From Lama guanicoe (Eukaryota), in contig MU054049.1 in assembly GCA_013239625.1 (NCBI GenBank), positions 1,491,892 through 1,555,891 on the forward strand: a DNA stretch of 64,000 bases, written 5' to 3'. The notes beneath the pieces were generated by a model. That model did not search any database, was not told the DNA's origin, and worked only from the letters and a program-made list of their open reading frames with translations. The position numbers were made by a program, and so were the translations under genes. How positions within the stretch are numbered: position 1 is the stretch's first letter; every line of letters begins with the position of its first letter. Positions 50,480-64,000 of the stretch are shown here, piece after piece.

Positions 50480-53450
50480 CCCTCAATGCATCATTCTTTA
50501 GTCACCTCCATAATTTTATTCCCATTTTTAATGAGAAATATTTTCTATCTTAGTCTGAGTTTAGTCACCCTATATTCATTAAACAATCATTCCCCATAAT
50601 GTCCTTTAAATATTTTTTCTTCTCTTCACTCTCTCCTCTCCCTCCAGTACTCCCATTACACATACACAGGTGCACTTAATGGTGTATCATGTTTCTCTTT
50701 GGCTCTGCGCACTTTTCTTCATTCTTTTTACCTCTGTTCTTTGGATAGCATGATCTCTATCCATCTATCTGCAGATTGGCTGAATCTGTCTTCTGCCAGT
50801 TCAAGCCTACTGCTGAGCCCGTCTAGTGAATTTTCACTTTGTTACTTCCTATACTTTCTAGCTCCATGAACTTAGTCCCTGCAACTTGGAGCTGGAGAGG
50901 ATGAGATATGCTGGAAGCACACCCCTCCCAGTGAGATACTGTATCCTTTGATTGGGAATTGAGGGAAGAAGCTCCGTTTTCTTGGCCAATCCCACGTGGA
51001 TAATGGGAGTCTGTCATCCCACTGAGATGGGGAGGAAGAAGGGGAGGAATATGTTGTGGCTCAGGAGTCCCAAATTTTTGCTGTTCTGACCCAGACTTAG
51101 TAGACATTTTTGACTATCTCTTCATTTACAGTAGGTCCTTAGGACTATTTCCAGAAATATTAAATTTTCAGGCATGGGGAGGGTGGTTTGTCTTCTAGAA
51201 TTTTGTCCAGTTTTCAGCTGTTTTCCTGACTGCACATCTGCAGGGTCCTACATCCAGCCATTCTAGAAGTGGAAGTCTAAAAGATGTTTTAATGTTGGAA
51301 AACTTAACTGTGTACTTTATAACACTAAGAGAGAGATTTAAAGAAGAAAAACTACACAATTAAATTAATAGATGCAGAAAAAGCATTGAATAAAACTCAG
51401 CACTGGATTCAGGACTGGGAAGAGCACTTCCTTAACCTGATAAAAGTCATCTGCCAGGAGACAATAGCAACTGCGTATATAATAGTAAAACTTTAGACGT
51501 TTATCTTCAGTGTCAGGAATAAGGCAAAGATGCCAACTGTCATTTACATTCATTATCATATTGGAACTGTATAAAGTGGAAGTATTGGAATGGAGAAAAT
51601 ACAATTGTCATTATTTGCAGCCGACATGATTGTTACATAAGGGCAATTTTATACTTATTGGAATTGATACAAAAGTCCAGCAAGGTTGCTAAATACAAGA
51701 CCAATGTGTAAATTCCAACGGTACTCCTATAAACTAGGAAATGTGATTTTAAAAGAACTGTCACTTACTATAGCAACCAAAACTGTAGGATAACTGGGAA
51801 TAAATGTAAGATGTGCATGATCTTATAAAATAGAAGTGAAAGACACATGGAATTATGTCTTTATAATAAACGCATATTATAAATGGGGTGATTGCCCTGC
51901 TCATAGATGAGAAACTGAGTATCATAAACAATCCTCCCCAACTAACCCGTACAATCAGTCTTTACCGTTTCAAAAACAACAAAATCCAAATGTGACAAGC
52001 TGATCCCATAACTTACATGGAATAAAAATCCAATAACTAAGGCATTTTGGGAAGATGAGAGGAATCATTCTAATATACATGATTGCCAATTTAAAGCTAC
52101 AATGATTACAACAGTGGGTTATTGGCAAAGTTAAGTGGACCAATTTAACAGAGTACAGAGCCCAGAAACATCCCTATAATTACATGGAAATTGGATATAA
52201 TGATACAGGAAGGCTTACCAATCAAGAGGGAAAGGATGCAATATTTTTTTTTTTAAAGAGGCTAGAAAAAGTTAACTATCTTTATGGAGTTTACAAGAGA
52301 ACTTAGGAGAATTTCATCATGACTTGGTTAGAAGAGGGTTCTTCAATAAGGAAATAAAACAAAACATGAAAAGACTGAATCTGACTACATTTAAATTAAA
52401 ATCTACTGTATGAAGAACAACATCATAAACAAATTTCTATGTTCTAATTCTCCACATTTTCATGTAAAAGTAAGAAGATCCACAACAAAACCAAAAATGT
52501 ATAAAATCGCTGGGAATAAACCTAACAGGAAATGTGCACGATGCTCATGAAGAAAGTTATTAAAATTCCAATCCAAGAATATAAAATACTCTAATAAGAT
52601 GTGGCCTAACAAGATAATGGGGAAAACCACATTAATTAAACGAAGTCTATTACCCTCAAATTAATGTATAAACTAACGCAATCCCAATCAAAGGGGCAAC
52701 ACAATTTTAGCGGAACTTAATTTAATTTAATTTAATTAATTTCTGGAAACAGAAAACGCACGAGAATAAGGCAATGAAGAAGGTGGGGGGAAAGGCAAGG
52801 GAACTTGCCTATAGATAGCAAAACATCGTACAAAGTCAACGACAGTGACGTGTGCGGTTGGCAGAATAGAATCTTGGTCTGTCGTCCAGAAACAGAAAAG
52901 TTAGCATATGATAACTTGGCAATCCAAATGGGTGGAGAAAAGACTGGACAATTCAGTGATACTAGGAACAACTGCCTTTTCTTTTTCGTTTGGAAGGCAG
53001 GGTGTAACCGTAAGAGAGAAAATAACCAATTTAAAAGTAGGCAAACATGACATGAACAGGTAGCTTGTAACAGAGGATCTACAAATGGCCAAAAAACACA
53101 GAAATGTTTGGTTTTATAAATAATCAGGGAAATTCAAATTAAAACAAGGGTGTTTTCAACAACAGTATTGGTTAGGAGAGGGGGAAAAAAATCACCAGAG
53201 CCTGATATTCCCTACTGCTGGCAAGAGTGTAGAGACGGAGTCCGCTTAGGGAGTGTGAACTGAAGGAAGCAGTCTCACTATGTCTGTTAAAATAAAAAAT
53301 CTACATAATTTCAAGTCCAGCAGTTCCACTGAAGATGGAGTTATACTTTACAGGAATGAAAAGATGTCTTGCATATAACATTACATGAAAAGTTAGTTGC
53401 AAAATAAAAAGGATGATATCATCCCATTTATGTAAATCACATACGTAAAA
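50480..53450. mobile_element. Block of ancient L1 fragments (minus-strand ORF1-like piece at about 50.5-50.9 kb; plus-strand ORF2 from about 51.3 kb)
   Basis: 'atagatgcagaaaaagcattgaataaaactca', 'ttatttgcagccgacatgattgt' (RT FADD region), 'gtacagagcccagaaa'. Confidence 0.7.
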
Positions 53451-53454
53451 CAAA

Positions 53455-53868
53455 ACCAGCTGCTGTAACAAAAGAGACTCCGAAAGACAGTGGTTTAAAC
53501 AAGTCAGGAATTTATTTAGCTCTTAAGTAACAGGTGAAAGGAAAGCAGTTTAAGACAGGAGGGGGCCAACCTCTCCGTCCTCACCACATGACTTCTGTCC
53601 ACCTCATGTCACCGCTGAAGCTCCCATAGGTCTCTCTGCCAGCAAAAGGGGGAGTAGGGAGAGGCAGCTACACCCAACTCCTTATTTAAGGGCCAATTTA
53701 GACATTCTTTTCGCATCCCATTGCCTGGCCATGTGGCCACAGTTAACTATAAGGGAGGCTGGGAAGTAGAGTCTTTAGCTGAGCAGCCACGTGTCCAGGT
53801 GAAATTCAGGACTCTTATCAGTAAAGGAAGAAGGGGAAACAGACATTCCAGCAGCAGTCTCTGCCACG
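53455..53868. mobile_element. MLT1-type LTR, old
   Basis: 'gctgctgtaacaaa...cagtggtttaaacaag' to 'aagggaggctgggaagtagagtctttagct...cagcagtctctgccac'. Confidence 0.7.
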
Positions 53869-54029
53869 GGTATTTGCAAATGCATTGAAAATAGCCCAGA
53901 AAAATACACACCAAATACAGTACTTATCTCTGGAACAGGAACAAGAGAGGTGAGGAGGCAGAGTATTGCTTGGAATTTTATTTACAACAGTGATAGTGTA
54001 TTCATATATTAACTCAGGGATTTTAAAAA

Positions 54030-56302
54030 TTTCATAAAATTGTTAAATCCTTTATTGTAGCTTGATACCAACATAACATGTTAAATACATTAAATCTACC
54101 CACATTGTACAAAGCTTTTAAAGTTCTCAAAGTCAGTTTCTATCTAAATGAGTAAGTCACTCTGTGTTGTTAAAACCATTACACTGAGAGCATGTTCCTC
54201 TAAGTCTCTGCACCCAGAGGCCAGACAATGTTTACAGACACACACACTGAGACACAGGCGAGGCAGTGCCTACCCAAGGTCACAGCATGCTGGCGGCAGA
54301 GCGAGAACCACCTTGCCTTGAATGCATTGTAACTTTTGACCGTATTTTCTACTTGATGTGAAGATTACAACTTCCCTAGCTCAGTAAAGCCTAGATTTCA
54401 GACAATAGAGCTTTCATGCCCAAGGACTTCACACTTGGAAACTGCATCAGGACCTCAGTCTGAGAACAAGAGGGATGCAATTTTCTTACAGGCTAATGAT
54501 TACAAAAGTAAAAATAAAAAAAGAGCTCCCCCCTCCCAAAAAAGATATGAGTTTTGACTCCCTTCTGGGCCAAGTGGTCAAGTTTAGGAGGTATTGACCT
54601 GTTCAAAGGTCTTTTCTATTATTTCTAGATAATGATGGCAGAATGAGGAAAGTAATAGAATCTTCCTCCTCAAATAACGAATCACTCTAAAAACAGAATA
54701 AAATGAACAAGCTGGAATCCAAAAAAAGCAGCAAAAAATCCTGGTGGGAATTATGAGTCTGTAACATCTCCTGTCTAAGGGGAGGGACTCATGGCCAAGC
54801 TATTCAACACAGTCTCAGAACAGAAAAGTAAAACCCAAGTCCTCCGTCCAAAGGCTGCACGCTGACAGCAGAGGCTCTCCCTGACCCCCAAGCCCACACC
54901 CTTTCTCTCTGGGTGGCAGGAAAAAGCATACAAGAGATCTGGACCCAGCTGCCCACTTTCAGCATGAGCAAGATGTAAACAAATGGCATGGGAGCAAGGC
55001 AGGCCTAACACAGAAAAATCAGAAAGAGGAAAGAGAACAGGCCAGAGGAAACAAATCCAAGAAACAAACCAACTGCACTGCTGACAGCTCCGGGAGACAC
55101 TTCAGGAATCCAATGACTTTAAGAAAATAAGACTTCAGCGCTGAGATGATAAAGCGCCAATGAGCAGGAAGGAAACACGAGCCCAAGTGAACAGACTAAG
55201 GATGAAAACAACAGCATCCCCGGACTCTCAGACACAGGACAGACGCAGCTGAAACCAAACCTCTGAGACAGGAAAGCCACGGTGAGTGCAAACGGAAGAG
55301 AGACAGGAAGACGGCTGAGCAGGAGGACAGTGATGCCCGATGGAAAGTGATCAGAATCCTTCGAAAGGCAAACAAGGACTAAAATGAAATGAAAATGTTC
55401 AAAGTTCCCTGCACAGCATGCAGGCAGAGAGCGGGGCTGGAATTGTGCTCCATGGTAATGGTGGTAATGACGGTATATCTGGGTGTGGTCTCGAGCGACA
55501 GTTGTGGGCATGTGTGTGTGTTGGTGGGCTTATTTCTACTTACTTTTGGTTCTGCTTGAATTCTTTTTTTTTAAGGTAACACATTTCATTTTCCTAAAAC
55601 CAACAGTCACTGTGGGGGAGAAAAAGTTTCCTGCCCTTTGCTTAAAAAAAAGCTATTGTAAACTGAGGAAACTACAACTTTCTGCAAATGCACGTCTCAT
55701 CGTTTATTACCAAGCTATTTCATGCTTTACTAGTAAAAATACCTTCTAATTTAACAGTACGTTAAAAGGAAGGTCATTTAAAGGCAACTAATATGATTCA
55801 AAAGGTAACAAACCTAATCTCTTTTTGGGTGGCAAATGATAAATTTTAACATTTAAAAGCTAGGTACCAAAACCAATGTGTTATCAAATATTGATGAACC
55901 GATTTATTGAACATGTCTAACCAACTATAAGACATGTTTAGCACCAATAAAAAGAATTGTTGAGGGTTCTGGTGTATAAGCTTCTAAATGAGTAGTAGTG
56001 TGTTCCCTGACAGCATCTTCTCGGTTACAGAACAAATGTGTTCCAAGGATTAACAGTTAGGTCCCTGATTTTATAATTCATTTTGGGAAAAAAAAAATCA
56101 ACCCAGGTATTTTTAAAACTTTAAAGTTTTAGAGAAGAATTTCTTCTTCCTTAAAGTTTTAATTGTGAGGTAGCTATCATTCAAAGTAAGCATCAAATGC
56201 AGCTAACTTCCATCGACAAAACATATGATTATTAATCATGAGATTAATAATCAGAAATTTTCACTAGAAAAAGTCAATCAAAAGTTCAGAAAGTAATGTT
56301 GA
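54030..56302 (-). other. ERCC6: ERCC6 3' UTR (extent inferred from poly(A) signals)
   Basis: Follows the TGA at 56305-56303. AATAAA on the minus strand at 55908-55903 and 54056-54051. Confidence 0.6.
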
Positions 56303-56725
56303 TCAACAGTATTCTGGCTTGAGTTTCCAAATTCCTTCGCCACCTGGAGTTCTATGAAAAGTGCACAGATTTCTCAACAGTTCTCGAAAGACACAAGACT
56401 GTGACGCTGATAATTTGGATTCGAACTCCTGCAGTATCTCCCGAGTGCTGGCCTGGCCATCGACTTGGGCCTGAAAGGCAATGAAGTTTCTCATTTCTAC
56501 CAGCAGGTCATCGTGTTCTGCGCTGGAGGGCGGCAGGGCGGCAGCCTCTGGAAGGGGCACACCTTCACTTTCTAAGCGCTCTGGCAAAATCATGTGGTTT
56601 CGAGCTCTCATTTTAGCCAACAGTGAGGATGAAGTCAGGGCCCCGGATGAAGACTCTGCATCTTCCATTTTTCCACTAAAATGCTCAGAAACATGGTTTT
56701 TTCCATCTTTTTTCATCGTGCCATC
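56303..56725 (-). CDS. ERCC6: ERCC6/CSB last coding exon (exon 21): CSA-interaction motif and winged-helix/ubiquitin-binding domain, ends WKLKPEYC*
   Basis: ttcctccag|GAT acceptor. [28 protein letters not shown] and FRELLRNLC match the CSB C-terminus. TGA at 56305-56303. Confidence 0.98.
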   Translation of the reverse strand, partial: DGTMKKDGKNHVSEHFSGKMEDAESSSGALTSSSLLAKMRARNHMILPERLESEGVPLPEAAALPPSSAEHDDLLVEMRNFIAFQAQVDGQASTREILQEFESKLSASQSCVFRELLRNLCTFHRTPGGEGIWKLKPEYC

Positions 56726-57148
56726 CTGGAGGAAGAAGACCAATGCATCAAGATATTTAATGTCCAGCCTCTGCTCCCATTTATTTCCCCAAAGGCTCCA
56801 AGGGTCATAAAGTGACACCCGTGCCCAGGGCGCTGCGGCTGATGGGGAAAGAACGAGACCCCGTCTAACGCAAAGGTCTAAATCCACCCGCTCCTAGAGA
56901 ACACTTCCTAAGGAAAACAGAAAACCCCAAAACTACACTATTTGTTTCATCACCACCATGAGTGGTGAGACCAGAGGGAGGGCAGGGTGGGTGGGCGCCG
57001 GGCTTCCCGAGAAGGCTTCTAGTCTAGGAAAATGCCCCCCGGGGGCACAGGTTCTGTGGGCTTTTTCAGTTCTTCCGCCCACATTTCCCCAGACCTGGGC
57101 CCTGGATAAGGAACACTGTCGTAGCTGCACTTCTTTCCCTTCACTTTT

Positions 57149-57325
57149 TTAATTTTTTTTAATTTGCTGAACCCCTGCTCTATTTTTCTTTTTTTTTTGG
57201 AAAGGGGAGGTAATTAGGTTTGTTTATTTAGTTATTATTATTTTTACTGGAGGTACCAGGGATTGAACCTAGGACCTCCTGCATGCTAAGCATGTGCTCT
57301 GCCACTTAAGCTATACCCTCCCCCA
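57149..57325 (-). mobile_element. tRNA-derived SINE (Vic-1 type) in the last ERCC6 intron
   Basis: SINE head on the minus strand. Exact 13-bp TSD tcccttcactttt (57136-57148 and 57326-57338). Confidence 0.9.
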
Positions 57326-57697
57326 TCCCTTCACTTTTAAATCTTTTTTTTACTACTTGACACCTCATGTGAGTTTCCTTAGAACAGCCACACAGCTCTG
57401 ACTTCCCTTCACATTCCGACTGCTAAAGAATGGAACGTGGGAAGTCACAGCAGGCTCTCTGTTCCTGAGTGTGCTCGCGTTCATCTCAGACGGGAATCTG
57501 AACTTGAGAGTTCTCAAATTTTATAATTGACATGACCCTTAACTGGAAAAAAAAAAAAGAACAGACTATTAAACAAGAAGAGCAAGGTCTAGTATTTCTC
57601 TCAGGGAAGCACTCAAGGCGAACACTCGGGGGTTACAGGACAGGGGAGACCAGCACACAGCCCCGGCAGCCAGTAAATTACAAACGACACCCACGGC

Positions 57698-57853
57698 AGT
57701 TTCTGGTGCACAGCATCATGTTTCAGTCGTATACGTACATACATGTGTTCCTTTTCATTATCGGTTACTACAAGGTATTAAATAAAGTTCCCTGTGTGAT
57801 ACAGTAGAAACTTGCTTATCTATTATATTCATAGTAGTTAGTATCTGCCAATC
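57698..57853 (-). mobile_element. L1 3'-UTR fragment
   Basis: Reverse complement of the same tail type seen at 36084-36280. Confidence 0.75.
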
Positions 57854-58341
57854 AAAAAAAATGTAAATAGTGAAATTATAATAGACTGGAAGTTCTTAGT
57901 TTGTGAAAATTCAGCAAACTGCACACTTATGACACATATACTTTGTGATTATGTATTATCAATATAAAATTTTTAACTAAAAGAAAAAACGAAAAACCAC
58001 TCAAGGCAGTTTTTTCAACCTTGATCCTTTGGAGCTAGGACTTCACCTCCGGGTGGGACTGGCTGTATGGGCAGCAACTCACACATCACCTATCCTTGTA
58101 TCAACTTTTGGAGGGCAAAAGAGAGACCCTACTGTAGACCTTGGGTTAAAGACTTTGTCTTTTCTAGGAGGCTGGCTGGCCCTTTCAAGTTCAAATGAAA
58201 GTGCTCCATAAATCAGAGCACACAAGACAAACACCAGATGTCATTATGCCAGCGCTTTGCTTCACCTGCGGGATTGGGGGAAATTCTCATGGCGGTTCAA
58301 TTAAGTCTCACAAGTGGAAAGCAGACAGGCTATCATGTTAC

Positions 58342-58420
58342 CTGGCATTTCTCCTTCGGAGATGCTGAAGGAGGCTGCTGCACAGAGAAGCTGGAATTCC
58401 TTTTCTGACCAAATCGGCTC
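58342..58420 (-). CDS. ERCC6: ERCC6 exon 20 (79 nt): (K)SRFGQKRNSSFSVQQPPSASPKEKCQ
   Basis: tttag| acceptor, |gtaaca donor. Phase links exon 19 to exon 21. Confidence 0.93.
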
Positions 58421-59017
58421 CTAAATGAGGAAAAGAATCACAGTAGATAAAATGTTTACTTCGTGACTTAGAGATGAGAATGCCCTGTCCACCACGAAAC
58501 GCTTCCTGGACAAATTCCCCTTTGCACAGTTGTTCTTTCACAGCTGTGACGCTTCTGCTCTGTCCCCTAGACGCCTGTTTCCGCCGGGAAACCACTACTG
58601 CTTTTCAAGTAAGGACCACTAAGATCCTTGGTCAACACATGATGGATACCACCCACAAATTCTAGGCAGGAAAACTACTCTGAAAGAGCACACTGAACAG
58701 CACAGGAATTACTGGTTACTGAAACGTGACTCATCATATTAAATTTTAATCCTCATTCAGTATCTCTTACTATTTTTAATGGTATCTCTTCAGCCAAACA
58801 GATCATTTCTCCCTTCTCTGAAAAACTAGCTTCAGAAAGGAGGAACTGAAAGCCAAGATGGTAAGAGTGTAAGTGCACTTCCCCACGCCACGCAAATCGG
58901 GCTGACCCAGTCCCTCCCTGAGAGATGTTCTACCCCTGCAGATGAACAGGAGGAGGTGTCCACCTGCCCTGACCTCATTCCCAGCCTGGGCAAGCATGGC
59001 GGGGCAGCAACCTCTTA

Positions 59018-59272
<255 letters not shown>

Positions 59273-59529
59273 TCAAGTGCTTCTTCTGTACAGTCTGGGG
59301 CACCGCGGGTGGAGACAAACTAGTGGATGTTTTTGGCTGCTATTTCCCCGGGACCTCTGGGACCTCGGAACTTTCAGATGCTGCTGCTCCTCACCTGCAT
59401 CCCTGCCGGACGCGGGAGGGTCCATCGACTATCCCCGCTATGTAGTAACTGAAGCATAACGCTTTCATTACCGCACTGCAACACCGCCTCCTCCCTGCTA
59501 TCTGGACAATAATAAAACCTTCTACTAAT

Positions 59530-60075
59530 ACAGTCTTTATTGAAGGGGGAAAATATAAGAATATGAACCCAAATTAGAGAATTTCTACAAAGTAATGATC
59601 ACGAAAACACTACGTATCAGAAGAACCTGATGCATTTATCAGTGGAAAATTCAGAACCTTAAATACGTAACAGCAATAAAAAGGAAAGAATAAAAATAAA
59701 TGAACTAAGTTCCAAATGAAGTAGTTTTATAAAAATTAAGACTAAAAAGCTCAGCAAAACACAACAACAAAAATGAAAGCAACCAGGAAGACAGTAATGA
59801 AGATAAAAGCAAAAATTAATGACACAGAGAACAACCACGGATCTAACTAATAAATCAAAATCCTGGTTTACTGGGTGGGTGGGGGGTCACAAAATAAACT
59901 AGTAGCTTAACCTGATCAAGGAAAAAGGGAGAAAAATATACAAAATTAGAAATGGCAAGGGGGAAATTATCATGAAACAGAAGCCAATTTTTTAAAAAAT
60001 TGTTACAAGAGTGCTTTCTGTGCCTCCATGTAAAGGAATTTGAAAATGAGACAAAATAGCTCACTTCTTAGGAAA
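59530..60075 (+). mobile_element. Degenerate L1 ORF2 fragment in ERCC6 intron 18
   Basis: A-rich, with 'aaattagagaatttcta...gaaaacactacgtatcagaa' and 'aaagcaaaaattaatga...aaatcaaaatcctggttt'. Confidence 0.7.
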
Positions 60076-60713
60076 CAGACCAGGAACTGCAGAAAAAATA
60101 GTTACCAGTGGAGATGCCACACGTACGTAAACCTGCCTTCCTGAACAGAGGCCCACTCAGCGACCTCTGGTGACTTGAGGCCATCACACTGGGAAGACGG
60201 TGAGTGGTGAGGCCTGAACGAGATGACAGTCTCAGGGATGACTAAGCTCCCCAGGACCACCTGTCCTCCAGGGCCCTGAGCAACTGTGGAGTCTGTGTCT
60301 CTAATTTCTCTCTCTAGATATTAGCCATCAGCTTTCCTACTCCCAGCGTGCCTGCCTCTGGCCATGCCCCTGCCTCTCTCCCCCACGATCTGTCACTCTA
60401 ATCTCCTGTGGTTGGAAAATCAGATAAACACAGCATGCAGAGACATCTCCTACGAATGTTCCGATGGTACAAATCTGTTTTAAGCCCTGCATCCCTCCTG
60501 GATGTGCTTAGTAAGTCAAGCACTTTTGTTCTCCCAAGGTTCAAAGACCCCTAGGTCTTCAGGAAAGACAGGTGAATATAATTTTCAAAAATGTCAATAT
60601 GTTTCAAATCTGGGTTTTAGAAGAAGAAATCCTTTTGAGTTGAGAGCCCCTTTCCGCACCCACACGTGATCTTCTTCCTAGCACACCTGTGGCAAACTCA
60701 GCAAGAGGAGTAC

Positions 60714-61415
60714 CTGATTTTTTGAAAAGCTTTTGCAGAACATAATCGTCACTGCTGCGTTCCTGGGTCTCACTCTCAGTTTCAGCGTCTTGCCTCTGGT
60801 ACTGCCTCTTCTTCACGAGGTGTGGGATTCGGGTTCCCTCGAACTTGGCATCTCTGCCATGTCTAGAGTTCTTAGGCTTTTGCTTCGGCCTCGGATGTTT
60901 CTCCAGGGTCTCTTCCTCTGCCACACGATGCTTCGTTTTTGACTTGTGCTTGTGAAAATTATTTTCTGTTTGCTCATTCTCCGAAAGAGGTTCTGTCGGA
61001 CCCTGGCAGCTTTCTCTTTTATCAGAAAGACCCTCCCTCTCATCGATGCTGTCCTCACCAGGCGCCCTGCATGTTTTGCTGACTCTTGGAGAATCTGAAC
61101 CTTCCCCGTTTCCACTCGTCCCTGCTGACTCCTGTGGTCTGGACGCCACATCCGGCTCTTCTCCAAGTCTCTCCCCGCCGGCGGGACTGCGAGGTGTCTC
61201 GGGGCCATCGCTCGGAGGACCATCTGGATTAGAAATGACTGCACTCACTTCAGCGCCTGGAGCTGCAGATTTCTCTCCAGAGGACGCGGCATCATTTGCA
61301 GATGTGTTAGAATCAGGAAACGTTTTGCCCATCGGGACGTTAGGGTCCGTTCCAAAGGCCGGTGGAAATTTTCTTTTCAAATGGCGTTTGGGTGTCTGAA
61401 CATCTGAACCAGTTC
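60714..61415 (-). CDS. ERCC6: ERCC6 exon 18 (702 nt): (G)[15 protein letters not shown]...[16 protein letters not shown]...[12 protein letters not shown]
   Basis: cacag| acceptor, |gtactc donor. Open frame with conserved ends and a divergent low-complexity middle. Confidence 0.96.
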
Positions 61416-61465
61416 CTGTGAAGGGGGAAACCATGCAGATGTTACGCTGCGTAACTCTCACGTCA

Positions 61466-61702
<237 letters not shown>

Positions 61703-62753
61703 CTAATTATAAAACAATATAAGAGACATAATTAACTGTAGCTGTACAAATATCTAAATAATCCCCCAAACTTTTAGCCTCAGAAAATTACAATTCAGGA
61801 AGAACATAAAACATCAGGTGGTCTCCCATGTTTTACCGAATTTACATTAGAAATAATGCCTTATTATTATTCACACCCAGTGAGATTTTTCAACTTCCAA
61901 GATTCATCACATTTCAAGAAACACCTTTTCACACGCATTCATCCTTTGACTCCGCCTCTCTGAGCTGGAGGGGGTCGGCCTCCCTGCCTCCTGGCCCCAG
62001 GCTCCCCCGGCCCTGTCCTACTCAGGATCCTTCTGTGACGGGAATCAGGAAACTGTCTGTTGGGCTTTGCCAAGTTTTCACCTGGGCCCTTCTCACCCAG
62101 CTTCCACCTGCTGGTCCACACTCCACGCCGAAGCTCCACACCACCATCACTCTGGCCCAGATACACTCACAAAGGAGTCCTGCCTTCTCCCAGGTGATTA
62201 CTCTTCAGGCTGAAGTGTGCATCTGAGAGGAAGCTCTTCCTCACAGGACTCAACTCGGCTCCAGGCCTCTCATGACAAGGCGCCTGAAGAACATGAACCG
62301 GGAGTGGCCCTGCGCACAGTGGGAAGCGGGGGGCCTCCCTGCAGGGGCTGGGGAGAAGGTGGCACTATCCCTACGCTACCAGGGAAGTCTCCCTGCCGAA
62401 CCCCCCGGTCCCTGGGCAGTGAGATGGAGCCAGAAGCAGGTGTCCTGGCCAACCTCTAAGTGGTGTCGGAGCCAAAGCCCCCAGCCCCACCCTGATCACA
62501 CCGCGTGGGGGGGTGTAAGCCGCAGTGCGTGCGAACTTCACCTCGGTCACCTCTTAACACTTCTGTGAAAGAAGATGGCACACGGCAGTAGGCAGGAACA
62601 TTTCTCTCAAATAACAATTAACAAAGTTTACACACTGGTTTAGTAAGACAGAAAAACAATCAGGTTCAAACACGTTTTTTAAAAACACACACTAAGCCAT
62701 CTAAGCTTATTTTAATGAAAAAGAAAAAAAATACAAAAAACAAAACAAAATAA

Positions 62754-62771
62754 ACACACACACACACACAC
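62754..62771. repeat. (CA)n microsatellite
   Basis: Seen directly. Confidence 0.9.
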
Positions 62772-62829
62772 ATATCGTGTAAATTATAGCAACTACTGCT
62801 CTAAGATGGAAAGACATCTTAGAGGACTA

Positions 62830-63135
<306 letters not shown>

Positions 63136-63315
63136 CTAAGGCTTACTGAGGAGATAAACAGGCAGGTGGCAGAGCCAGACCGGGCTGGCTCTACCTGAAA
63201 CACAAGGTGCGCCTGTCCCCACCCACATTCTCTCTTTATCCAGGTCTAGCGTGGGCGCTGTGGACAAACTGGGAAGACCCTTCCTGTCTATGCCACTTTA
63301 GGGTGTCCCCCTCTA

Positions 63316-63561
<246 letters not shown>

Positions 63562-64000
63562 CTAGAGGTAAGATGCACGACACTCAGTATGTACATCTGA
63601 CACCAGTCACAGCTCCTCCCCGCTGCCCTGCCACACTCTACACATGGACACCGGGTCCCAGTATGAGCAAAGGGCTATGCCCTAGAGACCTCTGGTCAGT
63701 CAAGATCCCACCTCACAGCTCCCACTTTTAATATCCATCATATTAGCAATATTTAAAAGCTGGGTTTTCAAAAAGGAATTCACGTTCTTTGTTTAAGCAC
63801 ACCCCCACCCCCAATAATCCAGAAATGCACCGAGTTAAAAGCACCCACTGCCCAATCCCAGATGTAGGCGCTGTGGGCGCAGCCCTCTCCTCCCTCGCCG
63901 TCCGCACCTGGGGGCGCTATGGGACTTTACCGCTACATTCACTTGTTACCTCGTTGTATCGTGCAATCAGTGGCTGCCTTGAAGCTATCGCAGTGGTACC

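Noticed and set aside
56726..56887. N-terminal part of ORF 56303..56887, and the intronic ends of ORF 60604..61470
   Set aside because: These are intronic sequence outside clear splice sites. Only the exon parts match CSB.

Overview
Mammalian genomic DNA, most likely camelid (inferred from Vic-1-type tRNA-derived SINEs and the L1 3' ends), syntenic with the human DRGX-ERCC6 locus. Two spliced genes lie on the minus strand. DRGX/PRRXL1, a paired-like Q50 homeobox gene, shows five coding exons (17040 to 8355) plus a CpG-island/TATA promoter near 17.7 kb; its last, OAR-encoding exon is not seen and presumably lies left of the window. ERCC6/CSB shows its last seven exons (63561 to stop at 56303) and its 3' UTR. 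All coding exons have GT-AG boundaries and join in frame. The interval between the genes is mostly interspersed repeats: nested L1s, SINEs, two solo LTRs, MLT1, MER20, MER102 and MIR. I found no new multi-gene system. The best leads are a Ser-to-Asn change at the site equivalent to human CSB S1276, repeated homeodomain P3 and POU modules around DRGX, an L1>SINE>LTR nested insertion, a small apparent retrocopy of a MER96B-derived mRNA 3' end, and a perfect hairpin in the ERCC6 3' UTR. Exon numbers, human comparisons and repeat family names are from memory, not from searches.
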